From: Ruminococcus sp. CAG:382
GTDB lineage: Bacteria; Bacillota; Clostridia; Lachnospirales; Lachnospiraceae
Direction: 5' to 3'
Length of the DNA: 64,000 nucleotides
NCBI GenBank assembly: GCA_963654395.1
Contig: CAVKBP010000001.1
Location: forward strand, 4,064-68,063
Each line of letters begins with the position of its first letter. Position 1 is the first letter of the stretch. The notes under the pieces were generated by a model. It did not search any database. It was not told the DNA's origin and saw nothing but the letters and a program-made list of their open reading frames with translations. Both the position numbers and the translations under genes were made by a program. Shown here piece by piece: positions 42,851 to 51,426 of this stretch.

Positions 42851-43113
42851 TAGTACAGAAATTTCTAAATAACTGCCATATTGACTTGTCTGATTGCTCA
42901 TATGCAGCGTTGTCGTCAATCGCCGTAGCCACCGCTACGCCTCTTTCCTCCGTCTTGCATACAAGGAAATCATTTTGTGCCAATAACTGCCATATTGACT
43001 TGTCTGATTGCTCATATGCAGCGTTGTCGTCAATCACCGTAGCCACCGCTACGCCTCTTTCCTCCGTCTTGCATACGGGAAAATCATCCTGCGCCAATAT
43101 AGCAGATTAGAAA
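42851..43113. repeat. family B palindromic element with internal 114-bp tandem duplication
   Basis: Left end TAGTACAGAAATTTCTAAATAACTG; units start at 42868 and 42982; central CGTAGC/GCTACG hairpin. Confidence 0.85.
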
Positions 43114-43628
43114 CTGATTTTACAAATGTTTCGGTCAACATGGGACTTGATATATGCCGGAACTGCCTTTTTCACGGCTTCGGGCATATCCTTCTGGTTG
43201 AGCATGACAATCATGCGTCCTTTATTAAATAGCATGTAGTAGCCGAATTTGTTATAAACATTAGTAAACTGGTTCCACTCATATGTATATACGAGGTTAT
43301 GCTCCGGAATCTCTGCCATAATGGAATTATCCATAAGAGTTATTGTACATGGGGCTTCCTCTGACGGATCCCTGTGCTTCAGATGATAATTGACACTGGA
43401 CCTGAACTGGTAGCCGAATATATATATTGGATAAAACCAGCATACGGCATAAAGAATCAGCAGAAAGCTGGAATAATGGTGCGTACATAAAAGTACGGCT
43501 GATACAATTGCGGGAACCCATGACAGCAGAAGCTCAAGTGGGTTTCTTATAAATCTGTTCCAGAATACAATCTTGGTATAATCCTTTCCGGAAGCCTTTA
43601 ATGTTGTGTTGAATTTAATAATATCCAT
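43107..43628 (-). CDS. YcxB-like membrane protein
   Basis: Two TMs, then a beta-rich domain (YEWNQF..VY...YYMLF). Confidence 0.65.
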   Translation of the reverse strand: MDIIKFNTTLKASGKDYTKIVFWNRFIRNPLELLLSWVPAIVSAVLLCTHHYSSFLLILYAVCWFYPIYIFGYQFRSSVNYHLKHRDPSEEAPCTITLMDNSIMAEIPEHNLVYTYEWNQFTNVYNKFGYYMLFNKGRMIVMLNQKDMPEAVKKAVPAYIKSHVDRNICKISF

Positions 43629-43758
43629 AGATAACCCTCATAAATAATTTATTTAAAAATATAATAACATCCTTACGGACATAAAACAATTAATTATCTG
43701 TGAAATTAAAAAACCGGTTTCCAAAAGGCATGTAATAGGCTATAATATTGTTAGATTT

Positions 43759-45909
43759 ATGTATTACCGGAGGAGAGCTTTGAGCGGAAGTAAAACAGTT
43801 AATCTGGAGTTATCGCAGATTATACATATGCTGGGGGACAGAGGAACATTTGTTGAGATTTCCAAGAATATTCTTGGAGAAATCGTAGAAAAGCTTCATG
43901 CTGAGAATGCACTCATAATGCAGATAGGTGCTGATGGAAGGAGCATGCATACCATAGCAGAAGCGAAAGCTGGAACTGGAATAGGTGGGCGGCTGGATAC
44001 GGAGGATATCAGCAGGAACTGCCTGTATGATGATGAATTGAAGGTGACATTATACAGCAGTGCAACGGAGGAGGAAAAGGAAAAGCTAAAGCTGTGCGGT
44101 GCAGCAGTATGCGTAACGGTTCCAATATTTATCAATAATGAGAGGGCAATGTATCTTTTAATTACAGGAGACAGCGAAGATGTACAGGATATGGAAGGAT
44201 GCGTACAGTACATAGGGGATGCCGCCATGATTATACACAGCATTGCACAGAGCAAGGTGATTAACAATTCACTCATATCCTCTTATGATGTCTTACAGAA
44301 GATTCTTGATAATATCGGTTCGGGAATTATCGTATGCAGTAAGGAGAGCGGCAGTATTCTTTTTGAAAATGATATGGCAGGCCATGTGAGTGAGGTTCGT
44401 GATACTATTAAGGAGTGCCTGCAGGAGGTATTCCAGAATGGGGATGTGTCTGGCAGGATAGGGACTCCTATGGAGCGGTATAATACGGAATCCGGTCTGT
44501 GGTTTGAGGTCAGGTTCTCGGAGCTGGAATGGATTGACGGAAGTGATGTTGTCGTGGCAACAGCCGTTGATATTACCCAGAAAAAGAAGAACCAGCAGAA
44601 GATTGAATATCAGGCACATAATGATTTTCTTACAGGACTGTATAACCGTATGAAATGTGAGATTGACTTAAGAAAGGTCATAATGAGAACGCAGAAGGCC
44701 GGATTAAAGGGCGCAGTTATGTTCATTGACCTGGATGATTTCAAGCATATCAATGACGGACTTGGACATCAGTATGGCGATATCCTGTTGCAGCAGATAG
44801 CAGCCGGAATTACAGGAATTCCGGGGCTTCGGGGACATTGCTACAGAATGGGCGGAGATGAATTTGTAATAATCATTGAACCGGAGATATACAACGATAT
44901 TAATAAAGTAATCGCTAATATCAAGAACATTTTCAATAAGCCGTGGTATCTTATGGAGACTGAATATTTCTGTACCATGAGTATGGGAATTGCAGTATTT
45001 CCGGATAACAGTGTTGATGTGCATGAGATTACAAGAATGGCTGATGTTGCAATGTATGAGGCTAAGAGGTCTGGAAAGAATGGTTATGCCTATTATAGCC
45101 GGGAGGTTGAGGATTCAACAGCTAAAAGGCTTGATATAGAGAACAGCATGAGACAGGCTATTTCCAATGAGATTGATGAGTTCGTGGTGTTCTACCAGCC
45201 TGTTGTCAATGCAAGGACACAGGAGTGTACCTCATGCGAGGCGCTTGTAAGATGGGACAGCAAAACACTTGGCTTTATGGGACCGGGCGAGTTCATACCA
45301 CTTGCTGAATATCTTGGACTTATCACTTCGATTGGTGACTATGTTCTTGAAAAAGCCTGCAGACAGTGTAAGCTATGGAATGACAATGGACATCCGGATT
45401 TCTATGTTAATGTCAATCTGTCTGTGGTACAGCTTTTACAGAAGGATGTCATAGAGAATATTAAGAGGATTCTTGATAAGACAGGAGTTAATCCTAAGAA
45501 CATAGTGCTTGAGATTACAGAATCCTTTGCAATCAACGACATGCAGAGAGTATTAGAAATTATCACAGGGCTTAAGAAGCTGGGACCTAGAATTGCACTG
45601 GATGATTTCGGTACAGGATACTCTTCACTTAATTACATAAAGCAGCTTCCACTTGACATCATTAAGGTTGACAAGACATTTATTGATGATGTCGTAGAAG
45701 ATGATTATGCACAGGCATTTGTTAAGCTTATAGTTGACCTTTCCAAGACTATCGGAACGAAGATAGTTGTTGAGGGTGTTGAATATAAGGAGCAGTACGA
45801 GCTGCTTAAAAGTCTTGGCGTGGACTATATACAGGGATATTATTTTGGAAAGCCTGTACCAGCCAGTATTTTTGAGGAGAATAACTTAGAAGGGAGATTG
45901 GGCGGATGA
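43759..45909 (+). CDS. diguanylate cyclase/phosphodiesterase (GAF/PAS-GGDEF-EAL)
   Basis: DFLTGLYNR, DLDDFK..ND..GH..GD, GGDEF, EALVRW, DDFGTGYSSL, EGVE, QGYY. A TTG start at 43780 is possible. Confidence 0.93.
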   Translation: MYYRRRALSGSKTVNLELSQIIHMLGDRGTFVEISKNILGEIVEKLHAENALIMQIGADGRSMHTIAEAKAGTGIGGRLDTEDISRNCLYDDELKVTLYSSATEEEKEKLKLCGAAVCVTVPIFINNERAMYLLITGDSEDVQDMEGCVQYIGDAAMIIHSIAQSKVINNSLISSYDVLQKILDNIGSGIIVCSKESGSILFENDMAGHVSEVRDTIKECLQEVFQNGDVSGRIGTPMERYNTESGLWFEVRFSELEWIDGSDVVVATAVDITQKKKNQQKIEYQAHNDFLTGLYNRMKCEIDLRKVIMRTQKAGLKGAVMFIDLDDFKHINDGLGHQYGDILLQQIAAGITGIPGLRGHCYRMGGDEFVIIIEPEIYNDINKVIANIKNIFNKPWYLMETEYFCTMSMGIAVFPDNSVDVHEITRMADVAMYEAKRSGKNGYAYYSREVEDSTAKRLDIENSMRQAISNEIDEFVVFYQPVVNARTQECTSCEALVRWDSKTLGFMGPGEFIPLAEYLGLITSIGDYVLEKACRQCKLWNDNGHPDFYVNVNLSVVQLLQKDVIENIKRILDKTGVNPKNIVLEITESFAINDMQRVLEIITGLKKLGPRIALDDFGTGYSSLNYIKQLPLDIIKVDKTFIDDVVEDDYAQAFVKLIVDLSKTIGTKIVVEGVEYKEQYELLKSLGVDYIQGYYFGKPVPASIFEENNLEGRLGG

Positions 45910-47228
45910 ATATACTGATTAAAGAAGGCAGAGTGCTTGATCCTGCAAGTAATACAGATAAGGTAATGGATGTGCTTATTAAGGACGGATTCATTGCGGC
46001 TATGGAAGAAAATATTGACGAGTCACAGGCAGATGATGTTATTGACGCGTCAGGCTGTATGGTTATGCCGGGGCTGGTTGACCTTAATGCACATTTCAGG
46101 GAACCGGGACTTGAGCATAAGGAAACTATAAGGACAGGCTCAAGGGCTGCGGCAAGAGGCGGATACACGACTGTGTGCATGATGCCTAATACGAAGCCTG
46201 TAATTGATAATGTTGATATGCTGCAGTATGTGACTGATAAGGCAGAGGAGGTCACTGACCTTAACCTGTATACGATAGCTGCCATGACAGCAGGTCAGGA
46301 GGGCGTATATCTTACGGATTTCGAGTCGCTTAAGGACGCGGGTGCTATTGCAGTCAGTGACAATGGCGGAACTATTATGAACGCGAGAACTGCAAGACAG
46401 GCCATGAGACAGGCGGCAGAGGTAGATATTCCTGTATTTGCTCACTGTGAGGATACCAACCTTGCGGCAAGGGGTGTCATGAATGCCGGCGAGAGAGCCA
46501 AGGAGCTTGGGCTTTTCGGAATCATGGATGCTGTTGAGGATGTCATCGTTGCAAGAGATATTCTTCTTGCAAAGAATACAGGCGCAAGGCTTCATATAAG
46601 CCATGTGTCTAATAAGGAGTCAGCATTTATTATAAAGACAGCCAAGGAGCAGGGAATTCCTGTGACAGCCGAGGTTGCACCACAGCATTTTACACTTACA
46701 GAGGAGGCGGTTAATGGTGACGACGCGAACTTTAAAATTAACCCGCCGCTGCGAAGGGCAGATGATGTAAAGGCGCTTAAGGAAGCGCTTGCAGAGGGCG
46801 TAATTGATGTTATAGCCACTGACCATGCACCACATCATCCGACAGAGAAAGCAAGGTCGTTCGAGGAAGCGCCATTCGGTGTGGTAGGTCTTGAGACAGC
46901 AGTCCCTGTCACGATTACAGAGCTTGTAAGGACAGGCGTGCTCACTCCGTTACAGATGGTTGAGAAAATGAGCTATAATCCGGCTAAGATTCTCGGCATT
47001 GACAGAGGAGTGCTTGCGCCGGGAAAAGTGGCTGATGTTACTGTTGTCAATCCCACAGAGGAGTATGACATTGACAGCAGCAGATTTGCTTCAATGGGAA
47101 GAAATACGCCATTTGAGGGAAAGCATGTGTATGGTAAGGTTTTATATACAATTGTCAATGGAAGAGTTGTATATTCAGACCATAACGGAACTGAAATTCT
47201 TGTTGAAAGAGAAGTTCCAAAGTTATAG
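45906..47228 (+). CDS. pyrC: dihydroorotase (class I), first Zn-ligand His replaced by Asn
   Basis: DLNAHFREPG, MPNT, AHCED, HISHVS, KINPPLR, TDHAPH. Confidence 0.9.
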   Translation: MNILIKEGRVLDPASNTDKVMDVLIKDGFIAAMEENIDESQADDVIDASGCMVMPGLVDLNAHFREPGLEHKETIRTGSRAAARGGYTTVCMMPNTKPVIDNVDMLQYVTDKAEEVTDLNLYTIAAMTAGQEGVYLTDFESLKDAGAIAVSDNGGTIMNARTARQAMRQAAEVDIPVFAHCEDTNLAARGVMNAGERAKELGLFGIMDAVEDVIVARDILLAKNTGARLHISHVSNKESAFIIKTAKEQGIPVTAEVAPQHFTLTEEAVNGDDANFKINPPLRRADDVKALKEALAEGVIDVIATDHAPHHPTEKARSFEEAPFGVVGLETAVPVTITELVRTGVLTPLQMVEKMSYNPAKILGIDRGVLAPGKVADVTVVNPTEEYDIDSSRFASMGRNTPFEGKHVYGKVLYTIVNGRVVYSDHNGTEILVEREVPKL

Positions 47229-47272
47229 AATAAAGTGATTTTGTGATAATTTAAGGAGGCAGAAGTAGATTA

Positions 47273-48196
47273 ATGATTAAGAAGCTTGTTGATAAGATTG
47301 TGGAGACTAATGCACCTATAGTTGTAGGACTTGATCCGATGATGAAGTATCTTCCAAAGCATCTTGCTGATGCAGCATTTGAACAGTACGGCGAGACACT
47401 TGAGGGAGCTGCAGAGGCTATATGGCAGTATAACAAATGTATCGTAGATAATATATATGATATCGTTCCGGCTGTTAAGCCACAGATTGCTATGTATGAG
47501 CAGTTTGGAATTGAGGGACTTAAGGCATTCAAGAAGACTGTTGATTACTGCCACGAGAAAGGCATGATTGTCATAGGGGATGTCAAGAGAGGCGATATCG
47601 GCTCAACATCTGAAGCCTATGCAGTGGCACATCTTGGAAAGGTTACTGTAGGCTCTAAGGCTATAACACCTTTTGATGAGGATTTCGCTACTGTTAATCC
47701 TTATCTTGGTTCTGACGGAATCAATCCATTTATCAAGGTATGCAACGAGCAGGACAGAGGTATATTTATTCTTGTTAAGACTTCTAATCCTTCAAGCGGG
47801 GAATTCCAGGATCAGCTTATTAACGGAAGACCATTATATGAATTAGTTGGTGAGAAGGTTAATGAGTGGGGAGCTGCAAGCATGGACGGAGATTACAGCA
47901 ATGTCGGTGCGGTTGTCGGCGCTACTTATCCGGAGATGGGAAGAGTGTTAAGAAAGGTTATGCCTAAGGCATATATCCTTGTGCCGGGCTATGGCGCACA
48001 GGGTGGACAGGGCAAGGATCTTGTTGATTTCTTCAATCCTGACGGACTTGGTGCTATCGTCAACAGCTCAAGAGGAATTATTGCAGCTTATACTAAGGAG
48101 CAGTATGCGAAGTTCGGTGAGAAGAATTTCGGAGAGGCTTCAAGACAGGCTGCACTTGATATGATAGCGGATATCAACGGTGCACTTGGTAAATAA
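47273..48196 (+). CDS. pyrF: orotidine-5'-phosphate decarboxylase
   Basis: VGLDP, KPQ, DVKRGDIGST, KTSNP, VVGAT, PGYGAQG, NSSRGI. Confidence 0.95.
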   Translation: MIKKLVDKIVETNAPIVVGLDPMMKYLPKHLADAAFEQYGETLEGAAEAIWQYNKCIVDNIYDIVPAVKPQIAMYEQFGIEGLKAFKKTVDYCHEKGMIVIGDVKRGDIGSTSEAYAVAHLGKVTVGSKAITPFDEDFATVNPYLGSDGINPFIKVCNEQDRGIFILVKTSNPSSGEFQDQLINGRPLYELVGEKVNEWGAASMDGDYSNVGAVVGATYPEMGRVLRKVMPKAYILVPGYGAQGGQGKDLVDFFNPDGLGAIVNSSRGIIAAYTKEQYAKFGEKNFGEASRQAALDMIADINGALGK

Positions 48197-48202
48197 GATA
48201 AA

Positions 48203-48229
48203 TTGTGAAAATCAAAGATTTTCGTACAA
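48203..48229. repeat. family C palindrome
   Basis: TTGTGAAAATCAAAGATTTTCGTACAA between pyrF and pyrK. Confidence 0.7.
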
Positions 48230-48260
48230 TTCACATAAAAAATGCGAGAATGGAGATTAT

Positions 48261-49061
48261 ATGGCATACAGAGAAAATGCGAGGATTCTTGAGGCAGCCT
48301 GTCTTGCTGACGGAGTCTATGAGATATGGTTTGAGACAAAGGATATTGCCAAAGCAGCGAAGGCAGGACAGTTCGTATCGGTATATTCTAATGATGGTTC
48401 AAGATTACTGCCAAGACCTATAAGCATATGCAAGGTTGAGGACAATAAGTTAAGAATTGTATTCCGGGTTGCAGGTAAGGGAACGAAAGAGTTTTCTAAG
48501 CTGAAGGCAGGAGAATATCTTGATATACAGGGACCGCTTGGCAATGGTTATGACTTAGAAAAGATAGCTGATGAGCTTAAGGCAGATGGCAGAAGCTTTG
48601 ATAAAGCTATTCTTTTCGGTGGTGGAATCGGTGTTCCTCCTATGCTTGAGCTTGCAAGAAGATTAGACTGCCACAAGAATGTTGTGGTTGGATACAGAAA
48701 CAGCCAGACCTTCCTTAAGGAGGATTTTGAGGCGGTTGCTGATACTGATGTATATATTGCAACAGAGGATGGAAGCGTTGGAACTAAGGGAAATGTATTA
48801 GACGCAGTTAAGCAGGAAAAGGTTGAGGCAGATGTTATATTTGCATGTGGACCAACTCCTATGCTTCGTGCAATTAAGGCATATGCGCTTGAGAAAAATA
48901 TTCCATGCTATGTTTCGTTAGAAGAGAAGATGGCGTGCGGAATCGGTGCATGTCTTGCCTGTGTATGTAAGTCAACGGAGATTGACGACCATTCACAGGT
49001 TAAGAATAAGAGAGTGTGCAAGGAAGGTCCAGTATTTAATGTTAAGGAGGTTGAACTGTAA
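48261..49061 (+). CDS. pyrK: dihydroorotate dehydrogenase electron transfer subunit
   Basis: RPISI, GPLGNG, GGGIG, CGP, MACGIGACLAC...C 2Fe-2S motif. Confidence 0.93.
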   Translation: MAYRENARILEAACLADGVYEIWFETKDIAKAAKAGQFVSVYSNDGSRLLPRPISICKVEDNKLRIVFRVAGKGTKEFSKLKAGEYLDIQGPLGNGYDLEKIADELKADGRSFDKAILFGGGIGVPPMLELARRLDCHKNVVVGYRNSQTFLKEDFEAVADTDVYIATEDGSVGTKGNVLDAVKQEKVEADVIFACGPTPMLRAIKAYALEKNIPCYVSLEEKMACGIGACLACVCKSTEIDDHSQVKNKRVCKEGPVFNVKEVEL

Positions 49062-49972
49062 TGAGTGATATTAATATGTCAGTAAATATTGCAGGAGTTG
49101 AATTAAAGAATCCTGTGACAGTTGCTTCCGGAACATTTGGCTCAGGCATGGAGTACGGAGAGTATGTTGACCTTAACAGGCTTGGTGCAGTGACAACCAA
49201 GGGTGTTGCCAATATTCCATGGGCGGGCAATCCTACACCTAGAATTGCTGAAACCTACGGTGGAATGATGAATGCCATAGGATTACAGAATCCGGGACTT
49301 GACACATTTGTTAAAAGAGACATACCATTCCTTAAGCAGTACGATACTAAGATTATAGTAAATGTGTGTGGAAAATCTGAGGCAGATTATGTGGACGCTG
49401 TGGAAAAGCTTGGCGAACAGCCTGTTGACCTTCTGGAAATCAATATCTCATGCCCTAATGTCAAGGAGGGTGGAATTGCTTTCGGACAGGTTCCGGCTTC
49501 GGCAGAGGCTATTACCAAGGCAGTTAAGAAGGTTGCAAAGCAGCCTGTTATCATGAAGCTGAGCCCTAATGTTACTGATATCACAGAGATGGCTAAGGCT
49601 GTAGAGGCTGGTGGTGCTGACGCAGTTTCACTTATCAATACCCTTACAGGTATGAAGATAGATGTGAACAGAAGAACATTTGCAGTTGCCAACAAGACTG
49701 CCGGTGTGTCAGGACCTGCCATTCACCCGATTGCTGTAAGAATGGTTTATCAGGTGGCTAATGCAGTTAAGCTGCCTATTATCGGAATGGGTGGAATCAG
49801 GACAGCAGAGGATGCGCTTGAGATGCTTATGGTTGGCGCAAGCGCTGTAGCTGTCGGAACAGCGAATTTTAATGATCCATATACAACTATCAAGGTTATT
49901 GACGGAATCAGGGAATATATGGAAAAGAATAATGTTGCAGATATTAAGGAGCTGATTGGTTGTGTCAGATAG
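49061..49972 (+). CDS. pyrD: dihydroorotate dehydrogenase 1B catalytic subunit
   Basis: ASGTFG, NAIGLQNPG, NISCPN, KLSPN, INT. Confidence 0.95.
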   Translation: MSDINMSVNIAGVELKNPVTVASGTFGSGMEYGEYVDLNRLGAVTTKGVANIPWAGNPTPRIAETYGGMMNAIGLQNPGLDTFVKRDIPFLKQYDTKIIVNVCGKSEADYVDAVEKLGEQPVDLLEINISCPNVKEGGIAFGQVPASAEAITKAVKKVAKQPVIMKLSPNVTDITEMAKAVEAGGADAVSLINTLTGMKIDVNRRTFAVANKTAGVSGPAIHPIAVRMVYQVANAVKLPIIGMGGIRTAEDALEMLMVGASAVAVGTANFNDPYTTIKVIDGIREYMEKNNVADIKELIGCVR

Positions 49973-51158
49973 AATACTTTTCTTAAGTAATGGTTCTATA
50001 TGCTATGACTCAACAACTTACTTTATTGACTGTATAAGTGAAGAATTAAAGGCTATGGGCTGGGAAGTCATGCATATCAGATTAGATAAAGCCACACAGC
50101 AGGATAAGCTGTGTGCGCTGGCTGATGAGTATGACTCCCAGCCCTTTGATTATGTATTTGATATTAATACAAAGCTGGATGCGGTATGTGATGCTTCGGG
50201 AAGGTACTGCTTTGACAGGCTCGGAAAAGCTGTCTGGCATTATATTCTTGACCATCCGTTTTATCATCATGACAGCCTGAGAGTGCCTTTAAAGAACATG
50301 AATGTGATATGTCTTGATGAGAAGCATAAGAGATTTATTGATGAAACCTATCCGCATATCAACAGGTGTATTGTTCTTCCACTTGCCGCAAAGCAGGCAG
50401 AGGGCGGGCTGAAGCCATATGCTATGCGTGAAAATGACCTGATATTCACAGCGTCTTATACTGATCCCGATATGGTGTATTTTAAGGCAAAGAAGCAGGA
50501 AAGTGTAAATGTTGAATTTTTTAATACATTTACACAAAGACTGTTCGATAATCCGGAGCTTACACAGGAGGAAGCCGTAAGGCAGATGTATCCGGATATC
50601 AGCGGAGTCCAGACAGCCGAGAAGCTGCAGGAGAATTTCATGGCTGATGTCTATATTCAGGCGGCAATAAGGCAGGAGATTGTTGTGCAGCTTATAAGAA
50701 ATCATGTGCCTGTGAAGCTGTACGGACATAACTGGGATACCTTTCTTACAAAGGCGGAGGCTCTTATGAAGGAGGATTGGACATTCATTAAGGAGCATGT
50801 CAGGGACTGCGGAGAGGTAACATATGGTGAGCTTCCGGCGATATATAATAATGCGCGTCTGTCGATTAACCAGCTTCCATGGTTTAAGGCAGGAATGCAT
50901 GACAGGACACCGCTTGCACTTATGAATGGGTGTGTGAGTATTACAGATGGAAGCACTTATATGAGGCGTGAGATTCCTGCGGATTCAGGGGTTGAATATT
51001 ATTCCCTTAATGAGCTGGAAAATCTTGGAGAGAAGATTAAAGGGCTTGTGGCTGATGTGGATTCAATGAAGGAAAAGGCGGCAAGAGGTGTGGAGTATGC
51101 CAGAGTCAGGTGGTCGTGGAAGCACTGGGCAGAGCAGTTCGTGGAGGCGTTGGGCTGA
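49956..51158 (+). CDS. GT-B glycosyltransferase (CgeB/Glyco_trans_1_2-like)
   Basis: LDHPFY, LYGHNW, IYNNARLSINQLPWFKAGMHDR. Confidence 0.7.
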   Translation: MVVSDRILFLSNGSICYDSTTYFIDCISEELKAMGWEVMHIRLDKATQQDKLCALADEYDSQPFDYVFDINTKLDAVCDASGRYCFDRLGKAVWHYILDHPFYHHDSLRVPLKNMNVICLDEKHKRFIDETYPHINRCIVLPLAAKQAEGGLKPYAMRENDLIFTASYTDPDMVYFKAKKQESVNVEFFNTFTQRLFDNPELTQEEAVRQMYPDISGVQTAEKLQENFMADVYIQAAIRQEIVVQLIRNHVPVKLYGHNWDTFLTKAEALMKEDWTFIKEHVRDCGEVTYGELPAIYNNARLSINQLPWFKAGMHDRTPLALMNGCVSITDGSTYMRREIPADSGVEYYSLNELENLGEKIKGLVADVDSMKEKAARGVEYARVRWSWKHWAEQFVEALG

Positions 51159-51214
51159 GAGGTTCGTGGAGGCAGCTAAGAGTACGAAGGAGTGATAAAG
51201 AGTGCCGAAGCTGG

Positions 51215-51285
51215 GCGCGCCTATTGGTGAGATAACTGTAATGTGGCGTATGGGCTTGCGCGCCTATCGGTGAGATAATTGTAAT
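51215..51285. repeat. 28-bp direct repeat, 2 copies
   Basis: GCGCGCCTAT(T/C)GGTGAGATAA(C/T)TGTAAT at 51215 and 51258. Confidence 0.8.
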
Positions 51286-51366
51286 TTTGTGTTCGGACTG
51301 GTGCGAGGATGTTTTTGACAGGCAGCTTGAGAGATACAATAACAGATATAGCCGATAAGCACATTC

Positions 51367-51415
51367 AAAAAAGACATGACAGTCATTAACAAAAATGATT
51401 GCCATGTCTTTCTTT
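51367..51415. terminator. bidirectional terminator
   Basis: AAAAAAGACATGACAGTCATT/AATGATTGCCATGTCTTTCTTT between convergent genes. Confidence 0.75.
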
Positions 51416-51426
51416 ATGTTATTTAA

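Noticed and set aside
42825..43110. Opposing 90- and 92-aa ORFs with an internal repeat
   Set aside because: By-product of the 114-bp (in-frame) duplicated palindromic element; no RBS.
51215..51285. Possible mini-CRISPR
   Set aside because: Only two repeats, a 15-nt spacer, and no leader or cas genes.
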